Assembly: GCF_009914755.1 (NCBI RefSeq)
Contig: NC_060928.1
Length of the DNA: 64,000 nucleotides
Reading direction: 5' to 3' (one strand)
Source: the human T2T-CHM13v2.0 reference genome, Homo sapiens
Part shown: in pieces, positions 17,801 to 32,837 of the stretch
How positions within the stretch are numbered: the first letter of the stretch is position 1
Layout of the letters: each line of letters opens with the position of its first letter
Notes under the pieces: model-generated
What the model was told of the DNA's origin: nothing
What the model saw: the letters and a program-made list of their open reading frames with translations, nothing else
Database searches by the model: none
Translations under genes and position numbers: made by a program

Positions 17801-19346
17801 CTCAAAGTAAAGGGTTGGAGAAAGATTTATCACATAAATGGAACCCTAAAAAAGAGCAAGGGTCACTATTCTTATAAAAGATAAAACAGACTTTAAACCA
17901 ACAAGAGTGAAAAAGGAAAAAGGAGAACATTACATAATGATAAAGGGTTCAATTCAACAAGAAGATTTAACTATCCCAAATATATACACACCCAACAGTG
18001 GAGCACTGAAATTCATAAAATAATTTCTTCTAGACCTATGAAAAGGCTTAGCCTCATAATACTAGTGGGAGATTTCGATACTCCACTGACACCGTTAGAC
18101 AGATCACAGAGGCATAAAACTAAGAAAGACATTTTGGATTTAAAATAACACTTGACTAATTGGACCTAATAGACATCCACAGAATACTCCACCTCTTAAT
18201 CACAGAATATAAATTTTTCTCATCTGTACACAGAACATACTCCAAGACTGACCACTAAGTCAGCCATCAGGCAAGTCTCAGTAACTTCAAAAAAATCAAA
18301 ATCATACCAACCATAATCTCAGACCACAAAGGAATAAAAATAGAAATCAATACCAAGAAGATCTATCAAGGCCACACAATTACATGGAAATTAAACAACT
18401 GTGTCCCGAATGACTCATCAACAACTTTTGTTGTTTTGGGTAAACAACAAAAGTAACACAGAAATCAAAAACTCTTTGAAAGCAATAAAACAGAGACACA
18501 ACATACTAGAATCTGTAAGACATAGCAAAAGCAGCGTTAACAGGAATGTTTATGCCACCAAACACATACCTCAAAAAGTCAGAAAGATTTCAAATTAACA
18601 ATCTAATATCATACCTACAGGAACTAGAAAAGCAACAGCAAACTAATCCCAAAGCTAGCAGAAGAAAAAAAAAATAACTAAAATTAAATGAGAACTGGTT
18701 AACTGAAACGCAAAAATTAATACAAATAACTTTAAAAAACAAGAGTTTATTTTGTTAAAGAATTAACAAGATTAATAGACTCTTAGGTAGATTCACAAAG
18801 CAAAAAAGGGAAGATCCAAATAAGCACAATCAGAAATGACAAAGATGACATTAAAACCAATCCCACAGAAATATAAAAATACTCAGAGATAATTTTTAAA
18901 ACTTCTATGCACACAAACTAGAAAATCTAGAGAAAAATGAATAAATTCCTTGGAACACACAATCTCTATCTCCTAACATTGAATCAGGAATAACTTGAAG
19001 TCCTAAACAGTTTAATATCAAGTTCCAAATTGAATCAGTAATAAAAACTCTACTGGCCAAGCAAGATCAATCATACCCCAAATCCCAGCATTTTGGGAGG
19101 CCGAGGCAGAAGGATCACAAGGTCAGGAGTTCAAGACCAGCCAGGCCAACATGATGAAACTCTGTCTCTACTGAAAATACAAAAAATTAGCTAGGCATGG
19201 TGGTGGATGCCTGTAGTCTCAGCTACTCAGGAGGCTGAGGCAGGAGAATTGCTTGAACCAGGACCCTGGAGCCAGAGGTTGCCAATGAGCCAAGATCATG
19301 CCACTGCACTCCAGTCTGGGCTACAGAGCTAGACTCTGTCTCAAAA

Positions 19347-19397
<51 letters not shown>

Positions 19398-22035
19398 AAC
19401 AAATAAAATGAAATAAAAAATCTACCAGCCAAAAAAAGCCATGAACGAGATGGAGTCACAGCTAAATTATATGAGATGTATAAAGAAGAGCTGGTACAAG
19501 TTTTATTGAGACTATTCAGCAAAATCAAGGAAGAGGGATTTCTCCCTAACTCGTTCCACAAAGCCAACATCTCTCTGATACCAAAATCTGGCAAAGATGG
19601 GATGATTAAAAAAACTACCAGCCAATATCCCTGATGAACATAGACACAAAAATCTTCAACAAAATACTAGCAAAGTGAATCCAGCAGCACATCAAAAAGT
19701 TAATTCACGATGGTCAGGTAGGCTTCATTCCTGGGATGCAAGGTTGGTTCAACATTTGCAAATCAATAAAGGTGATTCACCACATAAACAGAATTTAAAA
19801 CAAAAACCATGTAATCATCTCAACAGATGCAGAAAAAGCTTTTGATAAGATTCAACATCCTTCATGATAAAAACTCCCAAGAAACTAGGCATAAAAGGAG
19901 TATATCTCAAAATAATAAGATCTATTTATGACAAAACTACAGCCCAACATTATACTGAATGGGCAAAAACTGGAAGCATTCCCCTTGAGATCTGGAACAA
20001 GACAAGGAAGCTCATTCTCAACACTCCTATTTGACATAACACTGAAAGTCCTTACCACAGCACTCAATCAAGAAAAAGAAATAAAATGTATATGAATAGG
20101 AAAAGAATTCAAAGTATCTCTCTTTACTGGTGATATGATTCTATACTTAGGAAACCCTAAAAATTCCACCAAAAGGCTCACAGAACTATTATACAACTTC
20201 AGTAAAGTTTCAGAATACAAAAACGATGTATAAAAATTAGTAGCAGTTCTATACACCAATAATGTTCAAGCTGAGAGCCGAATCAAGAACACAATCCCAT
20301 TTACAATAGCCACAATAAAATTCCTAGAAAGACAGCTAACCAATGAGGTGAAAGATCTCTACAAGGAGAAATACGGAACACTGCTGAAAGAAATCATAAA
20401 TGACACAAACAAGTGGAAAAATATTCCATGCTCATGGGTTGGAAAAATCATGGCCATACTGTCCAAAGCAATCTATAGATTCAACACTATTCCTATTAAG
20501 CCACTAATGCCATTTTTTTACTAGAATAAAACTATTCTAAAATTTATATGCAACCAAAAAAGAGGCTGAATGGACAAAGCAATCCTAAACAAAAACAACA
20601 AAGCCAGAAGCATCACATTATCCACCTTCAAATCATACTATAAGGCTACAGTAACCAAAACAGCATGGTACTGGTAGAGAAACAGACACATAGACCAATG
20701 GAACAGAATAGAGAACTCAGAAATAAAGCCACACACCTATGTCCATCTGATCTTTGACACAGTCAACAAAAACAAGCAATGAGGAAAGGACTCCCTATTC
20801 TAATAAACAGTGCCAAGATAGCTACCTAACTATATGTAGAAGAATGAAACTGGACCCTTATCTTTCATCATATACAAAAATTAACTCAAGATGAATTAAA
20901 GATTTAAATGTAAGACCTCAAAATATAAGACTCATTGAAGAAAACCTAGGAAACACCATCCCAGTCATTGGCTTAGGAAAAGAGTTTGTGACTAAGTCCT
21001 CAAAAGCAATTGCAACAAAAACAAAAATTGGCAAGTGGGACCTGATTAGACTAAAGAATTTTTGCACAGCAAAAGAAACTCTCAACAGAGTAAAAGACAA
21101 CCTATGGAATAGGAGAAAATATTACCAAACTATGCATCTGATAAAGATCTAATATTCAGAATATATAAGGACCTTAAATAATTGAACAATAAAAAAACCC
21201 ATTTAAAAAATAGACAAAAGACATGAACAAGGTCTTCTCAAAAGACCTACAAGTGGCCAAGAAACATATGAAAAAATATTCAGCATCACTAATCATCAGA
21301 GAAACATAAATCAAAACCAAAATGTGATAGTATCCCACATTAGTCAGAATGGCTATTATTGAAAAGTTAAAAAAAAAATGCTGGTGAGGATGCAGAGGAA
21401 AGGGAATGCTTACACACAGTTGGTGGGAGTGTAAATTAGTTCAATCACTGCAGAATACAGTTGGGAGATTTCTAGAAAACTTAAAACAGAACTGCCATTC
21501 AACACAGTAATCCCAGTACTATATATATATCCAAAAGAAAATAAGTTATTCTACCAAAAAGAAACATGCACTTGTATGTTCATCACAGCACTATTCATTA
21601 AAGCAAGGATATGGAATCAACCTAGGTGACCGTCAATTGTGGATTGGACTAAAAAAAAAAATGTTGTACCTATACACCATGGAATACTATGCAGCCATTA
21701 AAAAAGAATGAAATCATTCTTTGAAGCAGCATGAATTCAGCTGGAACCCATTATCCTAAGTGAATTAACACAGGAACAGAAAACCAAATACCACATGTTC
21801 TCACTTATAAGTGGAAGCAGACAATGGGTACTCATAGACATAAAGATGGCAAAAATAGACAATGGGGACTATTGGGGGAAAGAGAAGGGAGAGAGGAAAG
21901 AGTTGAAAACTATTGGGTACTATTCTCAGTATCTAGGTGATGAGATCAATCATACCCCAAACCTCAGCACTGTGCAATATACTCAGGTATATTGCACATT
22001 TCTATAATAAAATGTGAAATTACTTTAAAAAATAA
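14860..22035 (+). mobile_element. Near full-length old LINE-1 (L1PA15-17-like) with degenerate ORF1 and ORF2
   Basis: CAAGATGGCAGA 5' start, about 1.7-kb 5'UTR, ORF1 relic about 16.6-17.6 kb, ORF2 relic from 17641 (ATGATAGGAT), 3'UTR GGGTACTCATAGACATAAAGATGGC...CATACCCCAAACCTCAGCA. Confidence 0.9.
19055..19415 (+). mobile_element. AluS inserted in the old L1 ORF2, with (TAAA)n tail
   Basis: Alu dimer; tail about 19344-19415; TSD-like AATAAAAACTCTAC / AATAAAAAATCTAC. Confidence 0.9.
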
Positions 22036-22737
22036 ATTGAGCAAGAACCAGCAACTTGGAAGGAATAAAAAAATGTCACAAGCACCACAAAGAAGCAGTC
22101 AACAAAAAAAGTGAGAGTTACCAGATTTTAGCCAATGACTGATGCTTACAATGGTAGAAAGCTGGAGTGTGTGACTCAGGAACTAGAATTCCTTTCTAGT
22201 TCCCCGACTGTCTTTCAACACAGAGAGATGGCTGAATGCTCTTGTATAAAGGCACCTAAGTCATCCCAGCAAAAGATATCCCATTGTTAGGGCAGGAATA
22301 TAAATTCTAAACCCCACCAGAGACTTTGCACTGCAGAAGCCCTCTTTTTATCAACAAGATTATAAATCGCAATTGGTTGGTTAATAAAAATAAAATAAAA
22401 TAAATTGGTGATCCATAAATATGAGACATGTTTTCAACATTTTATTATAACTTGCAATGTCTAAATATGCATTTCATGACCAGATCTTTGATACAGTGTC
22501 AAAGGATTTCCTCTGAGTATAAGTCACTGATTATATTCCCATATATAATAGTGAGTTCCATACAAAATTGACAAATTTCAGCCATTTATGATTTTAAAAG
22601 ATGGGAATTTCATAAAGTTCATTTGGACCTACAGAACAGCAATTTTTTATACCTTGCATCTAATTTAATTTTTGACACCTTGATTTTGTAGTCTTTATAC
22701 CACAATAAAGTTACTTTTCTTAAAAAAAACTGACCTT

Positions 22738-23020
22738 AGGTTTTCCTTTAGAGGTTACCTGGTACTTCTGTCTCACAGCTCTTAAGATTCTTTCCCTGTC
22801 TTAACTTTGGATAACCTGATGACAATGTGCCCATGCAAAGATGTTTTTGCGGTGAATTTCCCAGGTGTTCTTGGTGCTTCTTGTATTTGGATGAAGAATA
22901 CAAATAGACAATCTAAGGTCACACCTCAAGGAACTGGAGAAACAAGAACAAACCAAACCCAAATCAAGCAGAAGAAAGGAAATAACCAAGATCAGAAACA
23001 AACAAACAAACAAACAAAAT
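22738..23020. mobile_element. Short rearranged L1PB-like insert: antisense ORF1 piece joined to sense ORF2 piece and an (AAAC)n tail
   Basis: About 22738-22892 matches the reverse complement of ORF1; about 22900-22995 CAAATAGACAATCTAAGGTCACACCTCAAGGAACTGGAGAAACAAGAAC is sense ORF2. Confidence 0.7.
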
Positions 23021-24663
23021 ACGAACGATAAATGAATCTGCTCCCCAAGGACTTTAACTGTGAATAAAACAACTGATTTTTTAAAAATAAGTACATAACA
23101 TAAAAATTTACAGGAGAAAAGGTGCACAAGTGTATCAAAGAGGAGTCGGCTTGCAGGAAGCTTGCATGTTCTCTGGGCCATCAACAATATGTTTTACAGA
23201 CAACACTGATTAATTGACAGTTCAGTTAGGAGATCAGTGAAGAGATCTCTTGCCAGACTTGGTCAATATTATCTCCAGCACTGAAGGAAATTGAGCCTGG
23301 GTGGCAAAGGTTTCCGTTTACAATTTATTTGGAGTAGGGAAGCTAAGGATTGGCAGTTTCACATGAATACAAAGGCCAAACAATGGAATCAATTAATTTG
23401 AATCTCTCATTCAATGAGTAACATCATCCACATGGTAATCTAGTTCACCAGTGAGGCATGTCCACAGTGTGAGAGGCAAACTCCTAAGTAGCCCGAGGAT
23501 AGCCTATCTTGTGATGACATGAATCTCACCATAAACTGTGTGAGCAAAGAGTGTTTCCAATTTACTATATCTTTTACCTTTTTATTTTCCTTAGTTTTTC
23601 TTCTTATAAGTTAATTGAAAAGTATAAAGCATATATTAAGGTAGAAAACCATTATGATTCAAAAAAGTGAGAAACTTCAGGACACTTAGACATATATATT
23701 GTATTCACAAAGAAATGTACATAATTTTCATGATCGATCCAATTAGTTATGTGTGTACTAAGTTTTCTTAGTAAGAAGAAACCTGAGTTACGGCTGAGTT
23801 TTGCTATTTCCACAGAGTTCTAGGCCTAGCCCCATCTCCATGCTGTTTGAATAGATGGCACAACCCCAACAGAATATCTTGGCTGTCTATCTGAGAGGGC
23901 GAGGGGAATCTTAAGGCTGAAACCTCATCTCATGACAGACACTGTGCAATGAACAAATCAGTTCAATATATATTTTGCTGTAGGATCAAAGTTGGAAGTC
24001 ACTGACTTCAAAATCCTCATATCAGTCCTTTCTGCTTTTGCCAGCAAGCAAATATATCCCTGGAGTCCAGCCCCTCAGGTGTGAGCACATTATAATATAA
24101 AAATCTGTCAAAATCTCTAGTTTTCTATATGAAAAAATAAACCCCAGAAGCCAAATAAATATCCCTATAGTGTTACATCATAACTTTGACTTTGGTACAG
24201 ACTGTAGGCATTACCAGCAGTCTCTATTCCTACCAAATTAAAGTAGGAATCCTAAAGAAACCAGTTCACTTCCATGTATCTTTATTTAGTTGAACAAGAC
24301 AGCCTACCTAAGCAAAATAATGAGACACATAAGAACTAGCATGTATTTTGAAAAGAAATTCCCCCAGGGTTCAGCTAATTACTATCTTAAAACAACTGCC
24401 TATATTCAGATGCCAATCGAAAGATTAAATCAGTGGCTATGACCATATTATTTGCCTCTTAACACTACAGACAATGTGTCTGCGGTTACTGTACTAACAG
24501 CAGGGTACCAAGCATCCTGTGGAGCATTCTGTACAGGATGATGCTTTGAGGGAACACAGCTGCTTTCAGGGGGAGAAAAACTGCAGATTTAAATTTCAGA
24601 ATGTTTTCCTTTGGGTCATTTTGTACTTGTGAGCAGAAAGTTCACTCTCTTATGCTCTCCTTC

Positions 24664-24664
<1 letters not shown>

Positions 24665-24702
<38 letters not shown>
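24665..24702. repeat. (CA)n microsatellite
   Basis: Perfect AC run. Confidence 0.98.
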
Positions 24703-24704
<2 letters not shown>

Positions 24705-26089
24705 CATACTGATGCAATCATTACCAACCATGATGAGTGTGGTTTCTGCAAGTCAGATGTTGTCTTGACTCATGACTAATTTAAATAACTGAAATAAATC
24801 CAGACAACCACTTTACACTATAAAGGGGAAAAAGAAAAAGCTTGTATATGTGTTTCTCCAGCATGCACAAGCAAAGTGTATGTATGGACTATGCACGGAC
24901 CAGGTGAGAAACTTTTCTACATAGTAATCTTTAATGTTTATTTTACATCAAAATAAGAATAAGACTTTCTCATGTAGATAAAGGGAAGAAGGCATATGAA
25001 CTGAGTGCATAGAAAGGCAAAAGAGCAATAAACAACTGGGGAACAGCACATCAGCTCCTCCAAAAGGCTATGGCTGTTGGAGCAGCCACATGCATTCTCA
25101 TTCATCCTATATAATCCACAACATAGACAAGCAGCCCACAGGCACACCTGCACTTGGCATGGATCCTGGAAATGCCCACACCTACCTTTCACCAAAGCCA
25201 ACCTGTCAGCCACAGCAGTTGAGAACACATTCTCAGAGGGAAGTTTTAAGGATTAAGTAATCTAAAGCACCAAACATTCTAAATATAGGCCATAACAAAA
25301 TGGGACAGCTTTACCACATTCTGTGTATCCCCATTTGCAGTTCCCCAACAAAACCCTGCTCTGTCGTACCGTGATGCCTTTCTGCATCCCATTCCCACTG
25401 GGGGAGTGTTCCTCTTCATGCTTCTACCCAGACAGGTCCTGTCTTCCTTGTGTTACCTGCTGTGGTAAAACCATTCTTCGCTACTGCTCTTTAATCCTTG
25501 GGCAACCTAGACATACCATTTTTTATATTGCATTGTAATTTCTAATACTAATTTTTAATTTTTCTCTAGTCCTGCCCCCTCCACCCCCCAGATTATGAGG
25601 TGTTGAAGGACAGTGATATTTATTCTTTTTCTATCCCTGGTGATTAGTACAGTACCTGGCAGACAACAGATTCCCAGTAGATGTGTGACAGATGAATAAT
25701 CTCTAGGCTTGTGTTGGTTGTTCTTTGTTTCTTTTTCTCTTATTGTGATTTCGGTAAACAAGTTTCTTACTTTATGAGGATGATATTTATTGATATATAA
25801 AACTTCATCTCCTTCTATTTCTGCTCCAACAAGGGTTGATTTGTGAGTGACCAGGTTCACTTCTCTGATGCACAGCTGGCAGAAACCTCTGAAATTCACC
25901 CCCCATCCCCCAACAAGGAGTGCCCTTGGAATCACTTTTTTGTACAGAATCAAATTTTGCTCTCACTTCTAATTCTTACCATCCATCTTGATGATGGGAG
26001 GGATTTGTAACCTTAATTTCACCATATATTACTTCAGAAAATACATCTCTTGTCTCAATGGTCCTAATATCCTTCCCAAAGAAGCATGA

Positions 26090-26153
26090 ACACACACAAA
26101 CACACACATACACACACACACACACACACACTCACACACACACACACACACAC
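26090..26153. repeat. Interrupted (CA)n microsatellite
   Basis: CA run with a few interruptions. Confidence 0.96.
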
Positions 26154-26774
26154 TCTTGCCCTTTGAGTTATTTAAAGAGTAACCAATATCAATAGCAATT
26201 CAGTCCCAGAACACAAGTTTGGCTTCATAAATTAGTCTCATAGTGACAAGGAGTCTTTTCCCTCTCAGGTGAGAAACCTGTTCCTTATAGCAAGAAAAGA
26301 AGTCCAGGGATTGTTTTCTTTATATTATATATTTTCCTGGCAGTTTTAAATATATTCCTTCTTTTAACTTTATAACACGTGCATTATTTTATCTTCATTC
26401 ATCCACTTCACAATTTAATTTTAACAAATAACTAATAGAAAGAAACCGTGATTAAAAGGAATTCTAAACCAACTACCTGACCTACTGGCCTTCATTCATG
26501 TTTTCACAAGCACCACATTTACACTTGTTTTAAAATGTTCCAGCAATCTTAGTTCTAACTTTGACTATAATATATTACTATACTCACTTAGAGTGAACCT
26601 CCCTATCCAAATTAAATCTTCTTCTGAGTTTTGCAAAATCAGTAGTAAGATCTCACATAAAAGGCTTGCCAGAAAAATTCTCAGAATGTCTGGTGCTGAA
26701 GTTTGGAAACTGAAGAACACTGTACCCAACAAAAGGTAGGAAGGCAGAGCGAGAACCCAATGGCAGTGTAACAG

Positions 26775-26995
26775 GCAGAATAGAATCATGGTTCAGAGCA
26801 CAGATCCCTAGAGCCAGACTGCCGAGATCCAAATTCTACAACTGCAGGCAAGTTACTTAACACTCAGGTTCCTTATCTATAAAATGGTCATAACAATATT
26901 ACGTACTTCATATGGTTGTTTGTGAGGATTAAATGAGAGTACACATGCTTAAAATGTTTGGACTGGTAACAAGGTAAGCACTAAGTATTTACTAT
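26775..26995 (+). mobile_element. MIR
   Basis: GGTTCAGAGCACAGA...GAGCCAGACTGCC...GGCAAGTTACTTAAC...TCTATAAAATGG...GTGAGGATTAAATGAG. Confidence 0.8.
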
Positions 26996-29419
26996 TAAAA
27001 ATATTATTATTATCAATAATATTCTCACCAAATGTATCAAGCCTCTGAGTTAAAAATCATTTTAACTGAAATGCATTAGTTTACATTTCTGTGGTTGATG
27101 GCATCCCTGAAGAGTCAATTAATCAAAAGCAGGACATGTAGCTTGCTTTATCTTTAAGGCAAGCTGCCACGGGTTTTAAATTTAAAGGAAAAACAATCAT
27201 GGATAGATGCATATCTAAAATAAACTTATCCTTCTTAGTTTCATAATTCTTAAATTACAGCTAGTCTATCTAACAAATACATATTATATGTCTGCTATTA
27301 TATTAAGAGGTGTAGATAAAAAGAAATGCAGTATAATACATGATTACTTTTCTCAAAAAATTTTGGAGAAAACAGCTTATAGGCAAGAACTGGTACAATG
27401 CAAATTCTGAAGAAAGATCTGGAGGGAAAGACTCTAAGGATAATAGAATGGGCCTGAATTCATCTTTGAAAGGTAGAGAAAGTTTAAGTCAGAAAAGAAA
27501 AGGAGGAGGCCTCCCAGGCAGAGTGGATAGTTTAGGCAATAAGTAAGCATGCTGGGAGACATTCTCATTGGTTAGGAATGAGCGACCCAGTTAAATGAGA
27601 CATTGAAGGGACTGGCGGTGTGAGTGCACACCCAGGCCCTGGGACTGAGGTTAGATTTTATGTGCCTCCATGTTTCTCTTCAAATTGGAAATGTGTTTTC
27701 ACTGTATATGAAAGGGAAGGAGATGCTTTGATAGATGGCACTCTTAAAGAGATGTCAAGGCTTCATGGATCAACCTCAAATACCATCCAGTTCTCTTGAT
27801 ACCTTGTGCCCTGGTTTCTTTTCTTCCTTGATGTTAAATCACTATGGAAATTTGCATGAGAAGGGGATCTTTGTTTCTCAGAGTTCATCTGCTCCAGTAG
27901 CCATTTACTCCTCACTTCATTGTCACTCATCTCCTCAGCAAAGAGAGGGTGAGGACTCCAAGGAGAGAATAGCGGCAGGAGCAGACAAGCTCCTGAGGAC
28001 CAGAGACTTTGTTGTCATGTAAATCAGCACAGAAATAAAAGGGAAGAGATGTACAGAGAATAGGCTTTAGAAGCAAATAAATAAAATGATTTCCATGGGG
28101 GCAACAGTAGCTCTTTAATATTTATCAGTGCCACTGAGTTCTTTTTGCAACAGTAATTCATCATCATAAAGCCCATTTCCACATAGCTTGTTGGGTATTG
28201 CAATCACAGTGAGGGTACTCCCGTAAGAAAACATTACTAATGGCTATCTTGGTTTCAAAATGCTAGACTCATGCTAATGGAGAAGATGACCAAAACAAAA
28301 GAGAATAGATGCAAACAGAAACATCACATTTTCACCAGGGAAACTTAAGTTGAGCTGTGGATCATAGGACTTTGAATCTTTAAAATGGAAACTTACTATC
28401 ACACTAACCCTATACGTCATTGACTTATGGGAGTCCAAACACATATGGACAAAATGGTAAAGAATGAAATCTGATCCATTTTACCGGAATTCTTTTTGTA
28501 AAACATGAATTTCATTATATTGAAATGGGCAGCAAGGAAAAATACGTAACAGACTGTGAGAAAACGTTTGCTTATCTGTTTTCAAAGTGTTTAATGTGTT
28601 ATGGTTGAGAAAAAAGAGTCTTAAAAAGTTGTTGTCAGCAGCAACTCATTTGACTGACAGATTCCTTAGCAAAAGCTAAAGGAGTGAGTAACCCTGGAAG
28701 CAATTCATGCATGCATGCAGCATCAGTTTTAAGGGAGCCCTGGGTAAATTTCACCCGATGAACTTCTTCTAGTGGTAAACAACTTCACCATTGTATAGTA
28801 AAAGAAACACTAAGGGAACCTTGAAACTACTGAGGCATCAAAGGAAGCTGAGCGGACAAGAGTGGAAGCTTGAAATTTATCCTGTGTAAGCCACCCTTTG
28901 CTTCAGAATCCAGCTCAACTTCCCCTGAGATAGACTCTAGACAATATGTAAAACAAAGGCCATTCTTACCTTTAGAGGCAGTGAAAAAGCAACGAGAGGA
29001 AATAAAAAACAAAGAGAGGTTTTTGTATTCTGTTATTTTGATTTGGGAGCTCCCTTACCCCCAGCCCCCAACCATTGTCCATCCTTGCACAGTGCCTGAT
29101 GGCGTTCATTAGGGAGATATAGCTTAAAATGGGTGTGCCCTAACCAGTTGTCTCCCAGGGTAACCTTGAAGGCAAAGAACATAACTTAAGGAGGCATCTG
29201 TCAAGGAATTCTCAGCTACTGTAAATTTAAGCTGTGAGAGCCCAACAATTAGAGAATTGTAATTAAGAAAAAGTAGAGCAATGTCAGATTCATAAAGAAC
29301 CTAGAATAATTTCTATATTACCTTGCTTTATACAGTTTCTTCCATTATTAGTTTAGACCTCATAATAAAAACGCAGTCACACATCTTTGTGCCACAATTC
29401 CAAAGGAACTATCTTCAAA

Positions 29420-30780
29420 TTTGTTTCTTTCCCATGTTCTCTCGCTCAAGAATTGTTACCTTCATCAGCCCCTTCACCCACGCCAGAAACCCTGGGAATC
29501 ATCCCTGAGTCTTTCCTCACACCCAATCAGTTGCCAAATCTTGCTCATCCTACTGCCTTACAATCTCTTTTATAATTTCCACACACACACGGCTTCTACC
29601 CTAGTTAAGGCCCTTAGAACTCACCTACACCTAGTTAAGGCCCTAAAAGACTCACTCACTTATCTTTTACTCTCCAAATTTAATCTTAGCTAATAAACCT
29701 TTTGTATTGCTGACAAGGTACTTGTTTGAAAATTCTTACAGTTGCTCCTGCCTATCTGTGGTACAAAATGCAAAATCTTCATGATCTGGTCATTATTTGA
29801 CCGTCCATCCTCATATCTTACCCCTACACATAGCTCCTCTGTGCAGTAGTGATTCTTTTTGAACTTGGCTTATTCTCTCCTGCTTCCCTGCACTTGCACA
29901 ACTGGTCCTCTGTCCTCTCCGTGGCCCACGCTATGTGCCCTTCAAGTCTCAGGTGAACCATGTTCTCTATGACACAGTCAGGACTCCCTCTTTAATCATC
30001 TCATAGTACCTCTGTGTTCAGCACTTCACATTGCCAAAATCAGAAACTCACTCAGGCTACAGATAAGTGCGTGTTTGTTGTAAGGATAGGAGTACAAGTG
30101 AGGAAGAGCGGCCCCAGACAAGTATCAGAATATACCCCCAGCCAGGCACCAGGAAAATGGAGCATGGTTCAGGAAATAGAATAGCATTCAGGACCCCAGG
30201 CAGCTTTTGTGGTTTATCTCACCACTCTCCTCAGAAAAGAGAATATGTAAAGCCCTTTTCTCAGGCCCTGTCATTGTTACCCCACAACATCTTCCAGCTT
30301 CTGTTCCAATTATCAACTGTCTGACTTCCTCTATATGTTGAATTCAAACCGTTTAGAAGAGATTTTACCAAGGCAATGACGTACCATGAATCTCTATTGA
30401 GGTGTTCTTTCCTACCACCACACCCCACAGGACACTGGCTTGTAGCTGTGCTATGTGTTGGCATATCAAGCCAGCTGTGGCCAGAGCAATTCCACTGGGC
30501 AGCAGCATGGTAATCTATGGTTAACAAATGCCATAAAGGGACTATCGGGTGTCAGCATTCTGAGATTTGGCATAACCGATAAAAATTTCATTGTGTATAA
30601 CTGACAAAGAAATTCTCACACTGTATTATATTTGCTTACATGATCACATGACTATCTTTTTAAAAGTCTGTGAGCATTTTGTGAAAAATTTTATCCCTCA
30701 AGCTCTAGATCTACTATGTAAGTATATAGTAGGTATGCAATAAATATTTGCTAAATAAATGAATGAATGGATGGATGGAT
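29420..30780. mobile_element. Degraded L2 fragments with a probable old LTR inside; L2-type tail at 30735-30781
   Basis: CCAGAAACCCTGGGAATCATCCCTGA motif; CAATAAATATTTGCTAAATAAATGAATGAATGGATGG tail. Confidence 0.5.
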
Positions 30781-32837
30781 GTATTAAGAGTACACACGTA
30801 TATGTTAAATAATTTTATTTTGGCATCAAAGAGTTTATTACTAAAGGTGTTCTAAGTATCTTACTTTTATATCCCATTTAGCTGAAACACCTTATCTAAA
30901 TCTGTACTGTAAGTCTCCTGGAGAACTATGGAGTGGAAACTCCCTCAAACCATAAACACAGAAACCCTAAGCCCAGAAATGGTCGTTCTAGTATGTTAAA
31001 AGATTATGAAATCATAGAATATCAGGGCTGAAGGGGACCTGAGGACCATTTTCCTAACCCTCTGTCCATCAGGATACACACAATAGGCAATATTTACGTG
31101 AGTAACAGTTGAGGTGGTCTAACACACTTCTCCATCGGTAAAGGGGACCATGAGCTCTGCTCAGTTACATGCACCATGCACTTTAACTTCTTCCTTTCCC
31201 AGAGATGCATTTCAATTGAGATATTTGATAACATGTTTAGATGAGGAAACCTAAGCCTATAGAAGATAAGTTGCTTGTTCAAGGTCACACAGCTCCCTAA
31301 TTAAAAAGCCAGATTCTAGGCCTCCTTCTCAGTCCAATGTTCTTTTCTAGTTCTCTGTTTGGCATTTCTCAGTAAATGAATAATTTAACCTAAAAGTTCA
31401 CTTTAACCATTTTGCTACCAGAGGCAAGAATGAACATAAGGCCCATAAATGGAGAATTGAGCAAACCGTATTTAAGGGAAAAGATCCACGTGCAGATAAT
31501 GTGGTAAAGGAGAAGGCAAGAGCAGGGACACAGGAAAAACTACAACTCTAAGAAATGCTTCTGTAACACAGTGAACTGGTCATTCAGTAAATTGGTTCTT
31601 AGGTAAATTAATTTTCCGCAAATTGGCCTTGGCATATTGCAACTGGCATTTAAATACATAGCTCCATGAACACATATAGTTGTGAGCTAACTCAGAAGTC
31701 TCATGTAAGCCATTATCCCTTCATATAATCTGTTCATATAGAGTACAATAATTGTTCTTTCTCAGCCTAGTTAATGTTTGGTTGTTTCGTAATTTTTAAA
31801 AATACCAGATACTTAATTAATTTAAGCTCATTGTTTTCCAGTCTTTTAAGTTACAAATTAGCAAGTTTCTGCTATGCATACATTTAGCATATCTGTGGTA
31901 ATTGAGAACAGAATTTGGAGGCTTACTAACAGCAACCACATGAAGGAGAATATGAAATGCTGATTACCCTCAGGGATTGCAACAAGATTCTGTTGGTGTA
32001 TGAATTGCCTGGCATTTAAACTAAGAGCTGATGAAGATCAACATCAAAAGAAAATTTACATTAAATGCTAAGGATTATATGTTTTCAGGGTCCAGAGTAA
32101 GAGAACAAGGAAATGCACTGAAAAATAAAAATAGTCAAGGTATTGGCCTACATTCCCTTTAAAATGCATATTATATTTTTCACTAATATTAGTTATTACT
32201 TTCTTAAGTCACCAAGCTAAAAGCCAAATTTATACCACGTATCACTTTGTGAGTATGCATAGATATTAAGTAGAAATATACATGATTGAAAATAAAATAA
32301 TTAAATCATCAAGACATTTTTTTAAAAAAAAAGAAACTCTTGACCGTCTCCCAAACACTCTTACTTGCAAAGTTTTAAGAAATTTAGTCCTACCCAATCT
32401 CCCCCCTTGATTCTCCTGGAGATCAAATAGGATGGAAGGTAGAGAAGAAGATTGAGTAAAAACTAGCCTGGGCATTTTCACTATTTCAGCTTCATTCTTT
32501 CACTTCAGGTTATCACTCCAAATTCTCTGATATTTGTTTTTGTTTTTTCTTTCCCTTGTAAAATCGTCATTTCCACGAACCAGTTTCCATTTTTCTTCTC
32601 CTAACCTACTGACTTATTTGCCTCTCAAAACAATCCAGAGTAATTTCTTCACACTAAAAAACCCCAAGGATACTGGGCCTCACCCACACCCCTCCACAGG
32701 CTGGAGGTAGGATTTTCTTGACTTCAATTGAGACTATCACATGATTTCTGGATCCAGAATCTGACTTCTCAGAGTGGCCAGTTATACTTCGCCCCTCGAG
32801 ACAAAATGATCCAGGAAGCATGACTACTCGTACTACA

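Noticed and set aside
29597-29656. Short direct repeat CCTAGTTAAGGCCCT twice (similar case at 49766-49808)
   Set aside because: Two-copy slippage duplications within old repeats; not an array and not CRISPR-like.
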